A stretch of 64,000 nt of DNA, from NCBI GenBank assembly GCA_009103225.1, contig RHPI01003516.1, positions 86,062 to 150,061 of the forward strand, read 5' to 3'. Shown piece by piece: positions 24,401-39,580 of this stretch; within the stretch, counting starts at the first letter, position 1, and every line of letters starts with the position of its first letter. Source of the DNA: Chlorokybus atmophyticus. Taxonomy: Eukaryota; Plantae; Mesostigma and Chlorokybus algae. The notes beneath the pieces are model-generated. The model was not told the DNA's origin and did not search any database. It was given only the letters and a program-made list of their open reading frames with translations. A program made the translations under genes and the position numbers.

Positions 24401-24520
24401 AGTGTTCCTGTCTCTCTCGCGTTTTGCAGCCATCAGCGCCCATCGGGCCGTGTAGCAGGCGCGGTAGTCCTGCTCCTTGTCTTCCTCCAAGCGTGCCATG
24501 CGTGCCATTAGGGCTGCCAT
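21173..24520 (-). CDS. G polyprotein middle part: Ala/Thr/Pro-rich region, unknown domain, aspartic protease and MTase motif I
   Basis: 1115-aa ORF with 'VMLDTGAQPVIIG' and 'VLELFGGIGSG'. It joins the pol frame if the tandem CATGAGG duplication (21324-21337) is collapsed. Confidence 0.9.
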   Translation of the reverse strand: MAALMARMARLEEDKEQDYRACYTARWALMAAKRERDRNTPSRVQPSRRARGEAATTLAGTSSEATSGAASAATATPATTSTPSTSALPTPVAPRPGTPVGTVTPTLVSTLAAAAITTESAPVGGALPTAAAPLSGGVETTLAPLTDTVATATMAIVEPAVSAATRAATLPALDVTQAVPTGQQAERAWETILRGADPTTIAFGRGGERTTRVARDDRVFPLPEVHTLPALTQHQLEDEILAGTAPPMRDRVFLISYSPPVVLELALQLFWALHNNMQTAPRQPARMPTTTFEPSPLDTYRDRRDAIQQRIADAADLPLGTDEALGPPTTARLHQRYHALEQAYHWRQDQAAAIAAREQALEATRAPIPQSPTAGPSSSTTPLFVGTNSDQARALAQQTRGVIAPLLPALVEDLPEDQREPGRGYLTPQGCTQRDGAGLVGEQQLRTALLRQATMLHRQEGIGLRQMLGMRDSGNAARARLVTWLVTNHPAVPLFAFGARIAWVDAFLRSIRQAYDEVASAATDTLEGALEAILSLPGVEAGRQRRRIATAYEQHVQQPETQLTVRTRAITVLEVGVVNGRWDAYMAVILRVPIITHDMRARLLRAVYLQPMPQNHRYIDADNNATATWEGTLVREAAHAVRWTYAEEQAAREAVPQTPGPPGFPPQPLATPPGMTTAVQRVNPPAPPLGQVAAAPPVPRPPRVYQQPRQGRFGQSRGQGGPQDPSGRGALAALRSGPADENKATVSPRKRFRRFKRLRINANAAMIANQGKHVTVNGRAPKCVMLDTGAQPVIIGRYLARDLGITSAELLPCPYQLDTATGNRDKVLGLTKQAVSIRLTGLNPSHSTEIVQRCVVTDAGSFDLLLGQDCNFPVGMGLDCWTEQAWFRPHWDEDDGEEQGFLPLELVAKDRSQRRSAAAATYSLTKSSRVPRARTQPRTTATSSSPSLNAEEDSPTPYDESQETVTKEVAFQEPSERRWSAQVAAHMLLTRPQLTAHFPAYKDQATVQDQYHIATGVVEFHMFRRRQGITVLELFGGIGSGLAAVLNTGTTVTKYLYCDPDPHASCTGSSEPSFTTAAPALPAAATAVGTAREPEGSTAGHPLDYQGSPAGSRQH

Positions 24521-24697
24521 ATGGTCATCAGCTGGTGGGTTGGCTGAAGCCTTGGCGGCAACAGCAGCAGCGCGCGGACGTGTCTCTGGTCCCTTACGCT
24601 GAGGAGGTCTGTTCTTCCCCCTGTAGCCTTGCTCTTCCTTGCGAGCACTGGCATTGTTGTTGTTGTTACTGCCACCAGCGTTGTTGCTGTTGTGGGC

Positions 24698-26256
24698 TCA
24701 AGTGTTGTTGCTATTGTAGCCACTGAAGTGGTTGCCAGTGTGGCCCCCAGTGTTGTTGCTGTTGTAGCCACTGAAGTTGTTGGCAGGGTGGTTGTAGCTG
24801 TTGGCGGGCCTCAACTCTGGGAACTTGAGCCAGCAGACTGACTCCAGATGACCAATCTTGTGACAGTGGTCGCAAACCAAAGTTGAGTATTCTTCGGTGC
24901 ACTCCTTTTGGTAGTGCCCATGCCGTCCACAGCGATGACACAGCACAGGGGCAGCAAGTGCAGCATGAGCTGACCGTTTCCCTTTGTCGCGTGCTGGTGG
25001 AGCGTCCCGGCCACGGTCGCGGCGAGGAGGCTCAGTTGTCGTGCTGACTACAGGCCGTACGGCTCTGCGGTTGGTGTCCAGCACTGCCTTCTCATACACC
25101 AAGCGCTTGTGGATGGCTTGTGCAGTCTCGAAGGCTTCTTTGAGAGTGTAGCCAAGGGGCCTGCTGTAGTTCAGAGTCAGGCGTGTCGACTCGCTCAGAG
25201 CAGCATCCAACTCATTGACGTATATTACTACAGCAGCCTCCTCACTGACAATCTTGTAGTCAGTGTCTTTCAGCAGACCTTCCAGTCTGGAGTATAAGCG
25301 GAGGGGATCCTCATTGGGCTTGCGTCGGAAGCGTCTCAACTCCTCAACCTTGCTGGTGGTCTGAGGAGGGAAGGTACGAGGAGGTAAGGTACGAGGAGGT
25401 AAGGTAGGCGCAGGGCAGCGTACAGGTCCTTGAGTGGAGAATCAGAGATGGCAGCACCTACGGTGATGGCTGGTGCGCGCAGTGCTACTGACCCGAGGGT
25501 GAAAGCGCTGCCTCCTGCACGAGAGCCAGGTGTTGCTGGAGGTAGAGGAGTACCCCACTCTGCGGCTGCCGCTTGCTGTACAGCTCTTTGTTCCTCAATG
25601 ATGATGGCAGAACGGTCAAGGATGCGGACTCGACGTGTGGCCTCCTTGGACTCAACTTCTGCAGGGGTCAAGTTGACAAGTACCAACTCTGGTTCCTCCT
25701 CCTCTGCCTGCTTGAGAGCGGCAGCTATGGTCAAGCCTGTTACTGCAACTGAAGTGGCAGGTGGAATGACACCTGCTGGACGGTGCAGGGATGCAGATGC
25801 TATGGTGCTGGCAAGCTCGCCATAGCCGTCTACTCGATGCAGTTCAGCAACGGACTTCCAGACATCGTGTGCTTCATGATCAAGATACTGAGCAGCAATG
25901 TGGAAAGAGATCTCATCTGACCAGTCTTTGTTCTTCAGTGCTTGCTGCCGCATCTTGGAGTGCCGCAACTTGATGATGAACTCATCCAGCGAGGTGGTGC
26001 CGGCACGTCCGGAAAAGCGCAGGGATGTGGTTGAACTGGAAGATTCCATCTCGTTGTCGTCGCTGTCCGATGATAGTGGAGAAGCTGGAGGACGAGGAGT
26101 AGAGTGGAGCGGGGTGAAGCTGGAGATGGAGCGCGAGCCTCTGCTGCTGCGGTCGATGCTTCCGTCACTGGTCCGCTCGTAAGTGAGATTGGTGGTTGGG
26201 CTCCAACTGCTGAGGTCACCCTCGTCTATTGGGGAGAACGGGGTGGGCCTGCTCAT
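24698..26256 (-). pseudogene. gag: G gag with two CCHC zinc knuckles
   Basis: ORFs 25336-26256 and 24698-25339 are split by a 15-bp tandem expansion at 25371-25400. Knuckles are CHRCGRHGHYQKEC and CDHCHKIGHLESVC. One in-frame TGA (24698-24700) separates this from the next ORF. Confidence 0.88.
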
Positions 26257-28235
26257 ACAGCTGGTCCAGAGGTGAAAGGGTAGAGTGCTTGTGCTCTACC
26301 GTCTATCCTGATGCTGTTACCACCCAACACACTAGTGCTTGTGCGCACTGTGTGATGACAATGATAACGAATGCCCAGCGATGTATTCCTGGGTGCAGAC
26401 TGAACTATCTGATGCAGATTGCAACACACTCACTTGTGCAAAGAGGGTGACACTGTAAGTCAACAAGCCACTACGATAGGTAGTGCTGTGGACACAGTTC
26501 TTTGCATGAGTGGATAGAATGATACACTGTTAAGTGAGGTGAATGAGTGTGCAACACGTGGATACAACACCCTGACTACTGAAACAACACACCACCGTCA
26601 AGCTCACAGCAATGGCAGGCACAGCGCACAAGAGTATGCACCGTGTCTCACGCAGTAAGGGAATTCTTGGCAACCGGGGCAGCGTGCTTCCAGTTCAAGT
26701 CGCTTCACAAGCTCTTTAGAAACAGAGTCTTTACTTCTTGGTACTCCTAGTACTCACAGTACTCACTTACAGTGTCACCAGCCAGTCTGGTGACGTGACT
26801 TCCTACTTATACATGTCAAATCATGACTGTGCAGTGCCACACGGGCACTAGGCCAACGGTCACATCGAGGCCTCATGCTATTTCGGAAATCTCCTAAGAC
26901 TTGATATAGCACATGTGTTCTTAACAGACTTGCAACTGATCAGCTACGCGCGGTCCCTACAGACAGGTCTATAAAGTAGCCCTAGCTACAGGCTACATGA
27001 GTGATACAGTAGCTAGCAGTAGGCTGGGGCTCGCGCGGTCTTTATGCTGGTAGCCCTGGCGTGGGGCTGGGTGTAGGCATGCTTGAGAAGAACTGGCATG
27101 CGAGGGTAGATGGCATGACAACCTTCCTGTGTGCACACAAGTACAGCCTTGCCATATGCATCAAGTAGTCAAAGAAGCCGAGTAGGCAGACAAATCGACA
27201 ATGCAGTCGACGAGAGCACGCTCACCCAACCATTGCAAGACGCCATGACATGACAAATGCTAACCACTCCCTGCTGCAACCCAAGCTGCAATATGGAGTG
27301 GATTCCCTTTCGCATCCATGTCTTTCCCAACCACAACAGTGACAACAACTAACAATTGATTTTGCAAGGCAAGGTAGGTGCAAGTGCACATATGTCAAGT
27401 ATTAGTTGTTGAACTGTGTGCGCTGGGGTGGGGGAGGTGGGGGGTATGTGCTTGCGCACGAGGCATGCATTAGCCATATGTTCACATGATTTATTGCCTT
27501 TTTTGCGACAGCTGCCGCACATGCCGTGTCGCTACACACACATTTTGTGATTGCGACTATTGTTGTTATTGTCGACATACATCTTCTGCTCTGCGGCACA
27601 AGCTGGAAACAAAGAAGCGCTCTCATGGGCTTATTGCCGCAGCCGGGTTGGCAACTGCTATGCATACCGTAGTAAGTGGCAATCAGCGGGCCAGAACAGG
27701 TGGCCACAATCAAATCAGCTGCGCCAGGATGCCAAACAACCGGGCTGCAGGTGTTCGCACACCGGCGGACTTTCATACCATTGCGTGCATTGTTTTGCTG
27801 CTATACACATGTTACATACATATGTTGTCATTCTTTGTGTTTTCGTTCAAGACATGCAGTGCTCAGATCTGCTAAACAGAGCAATCAGTTTGACTTCATC
27901 AATCGCAGTAAGCTCAGTCGGACTGCACAATCTACACCAAATGTATTGCCTTCATATATGTGCATGTATGCACGGCTTACCAAACAGCATGGCATGCTGT
28001 GGCATCAACTGTGCCCAAACTTTTGGCATGTCTTTCCAGAACTCAACGTTGCATCAATTCTTTTTGGTGCACATTGCTTTGTTGACCAAGGTACTGTGCA
28101 CCATAACGTGCACACACTACCTGATTGGCAGTGTGCTGATTGAGCACGTGTGCCAACATCATGCACACCAGATGTAAGCCCATCTCAGGCCTGCGCCCCT
28201 ATTCTTTCCTGGAGCACCTCATGTTACTTCAACCA

Positions 28236-28743
28236 TGTAACAATTAGGGCCCGACCACTAGGCTATCGTAGTAAAAGACACTGCCATGAGTGAGGTCTAT
28301 CACAAGTTATCCCAATTTGTGACATTGCTCCCCAATTTAACCCATGGGTTCCTCATAATCCAATGAGGCACTAGCCCACGTTGCCGTGTTCGCGACCGTA
28401 CCACGATCGATCCGCCCTCGGCCTGTTGGATCCGGCCCACAAACGGTCCTGACCGACCGAACGGCCATCCTCACCGCGCGACCTGCCATCGCAGAGCGAC
28501 CGCTCGCGCGGCCTTAGGCTGAACTAGCTCGGCGCGCTGGTTGTGATCCCGCGCCCAGCCTAGGGCAAGCCGCCCTAAATGTTTTTGTTTTTGCCTTGGA
28601 TCCGCCTCAATCCCCTACGAGAATTGAACCTGAGACGTCAAGCTCCGTAACCATTGTAATAATTAGGGCCCGACCACTAGGCTATGGTAGTAAAAGACAC
28701 TACCATGAGTGAGGTCTGTCACAAGTTATCCCAATTCATGACA
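28236..28743 (-). mobile_element. TRIM (508 bp)
   Basis: 89-bp repeats at 28236-28324 and 28655-28743 with TG...CA ends, perfect TSD AACCA, and PBS-like TGGTTACGGAGC on the minus strand. Confidence 0.92.
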
Positions 28744-29199
28744 AACCAATACAATGCCCACGTGTTGCTTCACATGAGCAAGCATACAAACACAACCGGT
28801 ACACATACACGCAGCGATATTGCTGCCAGCATCGCTGCTGCAGGCAGCGGTATCAACAGCATCTTGTTGGGACGCACTGTATACCTATCGCATTGCCAAG
28901 CGGGTACATACGCGCTCAACAGGTGTTACCATTGCAAGTGCCAGTCATGCCGTCTCGTATAAGACTTTACCATCTTTCCTGCACTCAGACAGGAGTAGAT
29001 GCCTTGCAAGTTGTTGTCCGGCTGTCATTGTAACCCGTTCAGGTGACTTGGCTACAACAACACTGCGTGATAAGTACAATATTTAAGTAACTTTGAACTT
29101 GGGACTACATAAAAACACGCATCGGAGACTTGGACCATGAACCATGGGACTGCAGGCGCCAAATTCCGTGCACCTGTAACTGTCGTGCTTGGGACCAAT

Positions 29200-31576
29200 T
29201 GTCATGCTTAGTGCCCACACATACCAGCCTTCATCGAGCATGTCTACATCAAAACCATTGCCCGGCCTACCAACATACCAACGCGCGCGCGTCCCTGACT
29301 ACTAGCTAGGTCATGACTCCAGAGTAGCTCACGACCATAGCCTACATAGGCACCGCGCGTAGCTATTCAGTTGTAAGTTCTGTTCTATATCAAGTGACAA
29401 TTGCTGTGGAAATAGCCTTGATATGACCGTTAGCTTATGTTCTGAACGGTCATGATTTGACTTGTTTAAGTAGTCATTGTGTTCACCGGGTCGGCTGGTG
29501 ACACTGTGAGTGAGAAAGCTAAGAGCTTGTGAAACGACTTGAGCTGCAAACACGCCATCCCGGATACCAAGAACCCCCTCACTGTGTGAGAGCCCGTGCA
29601 TGCTCGTGCGTGCATCGTGCTTTTCATCGCTGTGACCTTGGTGTGCCGGGTTGCAGTGTGTTTGTTGGCATCAGTCAGGGCATAGTACCCACGTGTTGCT
29701 TGCTCATTCACCTCAATTAACAGTATAACACATTTTTTGCTCATGCAGAGAACTGTGTAAACAGCACTACCTATAGTAGTGGCTTGTTGACTCACAGTGT
29801 CACCCTCTTTGCTATGGTGGGTGCGTTGCATTCTGCATCAGATAAGTGCAGTCTGTATCTGAGGACACGTCCCCGTGCATTCGTTATCACTATCATTACA
29901 TAGTGCGCACATAAGCACTAGTGTGGTGAGTAGTAGCGGCATTGAGACAGGCGGTAGAGCACAAACGCTCTACCCTGCATACACTTTCACCTTTGGACTA
30001 GCTGTATGAGCAGGCCCACCCCGTTCTCTTCAATGGACGAGGGTGACCTCAGCAGCTGGAGCCCAACCTCCAACCTCACCTACGAGCGGACCAGCGACAG
30101 GAGCAATGATCGTAGCAGCGGAGGCTTACGTGCTGTCTCCGACTTCATTCCGTTCCTGTCCACTTCACGGCATCGAGCTTCCCCACTCTCGTCCGACAGT
30201 GACGACTACGAGATGTAGTCTTTTAGCTCAACCACGTCCCTGCGTTTCTCCAACCGTGCTTGCACTACCTCGCTGGATGAATTCATCATCAAGTTGTACT
30301 CCAAGATGCGACAGCAGGCTCTGAAGAACAAAGACTGGTCAGATGGGATCTCTTTTCACATTGCCGCTCAGTATCTGTGTGACGGTGCTCGTGCCTTGTC
30401 ACCTGTGAGTTGGTCCAATCCACAACCCTCTCACCAAGACACGGTATTCACACCGGAACCTTGCCCCCTCTGCCAAGCACACACGCGCGCCCCGCCACTC
30501 GCGTACGCACGCGCATGCGCTCGAAGCTACACACCGACTTGTGTAGCGCCCTGGATCGTCACACAAGCAAGCACACACCAGTGGACACACGCTAGCAACC
30601 CCTTCTAGCCACCACCAAGCTTGCACACAAGAAACTAGGGAGCTAAAGGTTGTATTGCAAATTGTAGATTGTCACTTTTATACCTACCAGTCTGCACATG
30701 CTACTGTAGACGATTCTAGCGCTAGACGGAACAAGAAGCTAAGGTAGTTGCAGAATCTTGTATTACACTTCTAGAGCTTTCCAACGCACCAAAGATCTCA
30801 CAATTTGCTGCTCATATCAGTTATACTACTTGGCGCCAGGCCCTTCCAGAAATCTGGTCGAGCCCTTCTCGACTGGCCCTCCGTTTTTGGCACCTTCCGG
30901 ACTGGTCTTGGGGCCCCGGTCGATATCCGCGGCAAATCTCATAACTCGCCGATATCCGCCACAAGTCATAAAAAAACATGTATCTTACAAATAAGGCCTA
31001 AAACGGCCATGAAAATCATAAAATTTGGCCTTGACTGTTACAATCTGGATCATGAAGCACATGATGTTTGAAAGTCTGTTGCTGAACTGCATCGAGTAGA
31101 TGGCTATGGCGAGCTCGCCAATACCATAGCATCTGCGTCACTGTACAGACCAGCAGCGTCTTTCCACCTACCACTTCCGTTGCAGTCACCGGGTTATCCA
31201 TAGCGGCAGCTATTGACAGAGCAGAGGAGGAGGAACCTGAGTTAGCGATCGTCGACCTGACCCCTGCAAAGATTGAGATCAAGACGGCCGCGCGACGGGC
31301 CCAGATTCTGGACCGAATCTGTTGCCATCCTTGAAGAACTGCAGCCGTTGATGTGGGCACACCCCTACCTATGGCAACACCTAGCTCTCGTGCGGGAGCC
31401 AGTGCTTTCACCCTCGGGTCAGTGGCACTGCGCGCACCAGCCATCACTGTAGGTGCTGCCATTTCTGACTCTCCACTCAAGGATCTATACGCTGCACTTC
31501 GTCGCACCTTCCCACCGCAGACCACTAGCAAAGTGGAGGAGTTGAGGCGGTTCCGGCGCAAGCCCAACGAGGACCC
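29200..31576 (+). mobile_element. G-family copy 3: A end, leader and gag 5' half, cut by copia A'
   Basis: Starts TGTCATGCT, has r at 29779-29792, and gag 'MSRPTPFS' at 30006. Confidence 0.88.
30378..31042. mobile_element. Solo LTR (665 bp) inserted in G gag
   Basis: TGTGAC...GTTACA ends with TSD ATCTG at 30373-30377 and 31043-31047. The gag sequence resumes seamlessly after it. Confidence 0.88.
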
Positions 31577-36723
<5,147 letters not shown>

Positions 36724-37996
36724 CACACGGCTTGACGTTGAAGGACCATGCATGGTCCTTTCACGGACCCCGCGGACCATGCATGATCCGTACTCCACGG
36801 GCCAGGACTGCCTGGTCCGCGGGGGACGGACCGTTCCTGGTCCATTCGGGGCCCCGCGGCCCGTGAATGGCTGGCGCGGCGTCGCGCACCACGCATGGTC
36901 CGTGCCGCACCATCCATGGTGCGGCACGGACCAGTAACGTACGCTGGCCCTTGAACGCGGACCAGGTGCGGTCCCGCAGTCCTGTGGCCCTACTAGCACG
37001 CACCGTACATGGTACCGCACTGTCCGCGTCGCAACATGTACGTTCTGGCACGGACCAGTGACCGCGGCCCTGCCGCTATGTATCATGTATCATGAGTAGG
37101 TAGCAACCTATGCAAGGTACAATAGATTGCCTAACTGCCTGATTGCACAAGTGCACTTTATGTGTTGATTGACAAGCCGCACCGACTGTCGGCTATACAC
37201 CCGTGGACAGCCGCAAGTGCATAGCCGCAAATGGTCGGCGGCTGATTGACAGCCGGCCGGCTGTCAATCAAGCTGTAACGGGCTGTCTATGCAATCAACA
37301 TACTTCATAGTACCGTACGTGTATTTGCAAAAATTTGTGGACATGCACTATTAACATGTTCTATGCGTTTATCTAAGTATCTACGTATATATGAACATTA
37401 TACATGTGCATTGACGTATGCACATGTATAATGTTCATATACGTAGATACTTACATTATTATATATATTATAAAATACCTGTATATAAATGTTAGCGTGT
37501 GCACAAATGAATCTAATCGTATATGCATAGATACGCAGGTTAAGATGATTATATCAGTAGTATTTAGGTTGAGCCGTATACAAGGTATGTCTCATATAAA
37601 AATACGTACAAGAAGTATACATAAATAACGTTACTTATTATAATAGCCTCTTATGAGACCGCAGAATGGTTGACAGCCCCGACCAAGCATTGTGTCCAAC
37701 CAACCAGTAAATACCTACGTTGGTGCCGCAATGCGGTTTTAATATTTATATCATGTAAACGTATATATGTAAGTATACATGATATAAATACTTTATACAC
37801 AAATGCTTACATACATACACATGTAGGTGTGTGTATGCGCACGCAAGCAGGATGTTGACAACCCCTAACAAGGTTACATACTCATGGACAGCCCCCAACA
37901 AAGCATTGTAGTTTATAAATCTTGGCAGCCCCCGAGTTGCGGCTGTCTGTGTCATCAATAATGACCTAAAATAACATAATACCGTTGATTATGCTG
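36724..37996. mobile_element. CACAC-terminated EnSpm/CACTA-like element, long R arm
   Basis: Starts CACACGGCTTGACGTTGAAGGACC, is rich in GGACC/GGTCC subterminal repeats, and is colinear with 57074-58270. Confidence 0.8.
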
Positions 37997-38188
37997 TCAA
38001 TGTTAAAAGGTATTCAACTTTGTCGGCGTTTCATCTATTTTGCTAATTTAGTCATAGTTGACTATGTCGATGCATTGTGTGCAACCGGGCATTTCTAAGA
38101 GGTTGCCCTATTGCGGCAGTCGCCGGTTAGTGCTTGCGCGTCATATGTTTCCATTCCGCGCGGTACCCTACCAGTCGATGGGTGTTTA

Positions 38189-39180
38189 CGATAGTGATAG
38201 TAATAGGGATAGTGCTCGACATAGTGACAGTAATAGTGACTGTTGTAGTGATAGTGGTAATGATAGTGATAGTTGTAGTGATAGCGATAGTGATAGTGGT
38301 AATGGTAGTGGTAGAAGTGGCCATTGTAATCGGGATAGGGCTTAAGATAGGGACGCTTATAGTAATAGTTATAGTGATAGTGGTACCGATAGTGATAGTC
38401 ATAGTAGTTGCTGTTGTCGTAATGGCAGTGATTGTAATAGGGCTTAAGATAGGGATATCAATAGTGATAGTTGTAGTGATAGTGGTGATGATAGTGATAG
38501 GGTTAGTGTTACATGGTAGTGGTGTTGTAGGGATAGTGGTAATGGTAGTGGTAGAAGTGGCCATTGTAATCGGGATAGGGGTTAAGATAGGGACACTTAT
38601 AGTGATAGTTATAGTGATAGTGGTACTGATAGTGATAGTCATAGTGGTAGCTGTTGTCGTAATGGCAGTGATTGTTTTAGGGCTTAAGATAGGGATATCA
38701 ATAGTGATAGTTGTAGTGATAGTGTTAGTGATACATGGTAGTGGTGCTTTTAGTGATGGGAATAGTGACAGTTGAAGGGACATCAATAGTAATAGTTGTA
38801 GTGATAGGGATAGTGGTAGCGATAGTGATAGCTGTAGTGATGATGGTAATTGTAGTGGTAGTATATGACAATTGAAATCGGGACCGATAGTGTAATGTAG
38901 TGGTGACAATTGTAATAGGGATAGGGTTTATGTTAGGCACATCAATATATAGTGATAGTTGTAGTGATAGCGATAATGATAGTGATAGTAATAGGGATAA
39001 TGTTGAACCTGTAGCATTGCATAGCATTGCATAGGGACATCAATAGTGATAGTTGTAGTGATAGTGGTAATGATGATAGTGGTAATGGTAGTGATAGCAA
39101 TAGTGATACAATTGTAATAGGGATAGGGCTTATGATAGGCACATCAATAGTGATAGTTGTAGTGATAGTGATAGTGATAT
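38189..39180 (+). repeat. (GATAGT)n-type minisatellite with a 240-bp higher-order duplication
   Basis: Trinucleotide/hexamer-based low complexity. The block starting near 38293 recurs exactly 240 bp later. Confidence 0.9.
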
Positions 39181-39580
39181 GGTTGAACAAGTAGCATTGC
39201 ATTGATTTCAATTTTGATTAAGAATACGAGGGCTGATTGGTTGTTCATATCATGGTTGAACCAATCGCAACCGACTTTCTGTCATCTGTTGTAATGCATA
39301 TTAGCATTATCATTAATGTACATAAAATATATTTAATATTGTCACAGGCCAACTCCGTATGTCGACCTTGGAATTCTTATGATTCATATAGGGTTTTGTG
39401 AGTGGGCGGACGTTGGGCGGGCACAAGTCGGCGGGCGGCTCCAGCGTGGGCGAGGGCGTGAGCGTGGGGGCGACTTGTTGTGGTGGTGGCATTGGTGGCT
39501 ACTTGGGTGGCAAAGGTGTGTTGTAGGTTATTAATTTTGAGCATGTGATGGCCTTAGAGTGAGCATATAACTTGTGAGCT

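Larger units (their letters stand above)
16879..27120 (-). mobile_element. Complete G-family Ty3/gypsy-type element (10,242 bp) with non-identical ends A and B
   Basis: Termini TGTCATGCC...GGCACGACA (9-bp imperfect inverted repeat) and 4-bp TSD ACCT at 16875-16878 and 27121-27124. A = 26458-27120, B = 16879-17118. They share only a 14-bp repeat (17105-17118, 26458-26471). Confidence 0.85.

Noticed and set aside
16879-27120. G as a DIRS/Ngaro tyrosine-recombinase element
   Set aside because: No YR motif seen. RT/RNase H/IN order and motifs are Ty3/gypsy-type with HHCC and D,D35E, and a TSD is present.
27121-28235. Overlapping short ORFs (27402-28177)
   Set aside because: No motif, no consistent frame, CA/TG-rich non-coding composition.
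29181-29199. TGTCGTGC motif 19 bp before the A start, resembling a B terminus
   Set aside because: Too short to distinguish from chance, with no further homology.
38330-38720. TAGGG motifs suggesting interstitial telomere repeats
   Set aside because: They occur singly within a GATAGT array, not as tandem TTAGGG/TTTAGGG.
38058-39211. Ile/Thr/Val/Ser-rich ORFs (also 44863-45888)
   Set aside because: By-products of a 3-nt-periodic minisatellite with no stop codons in some frames.
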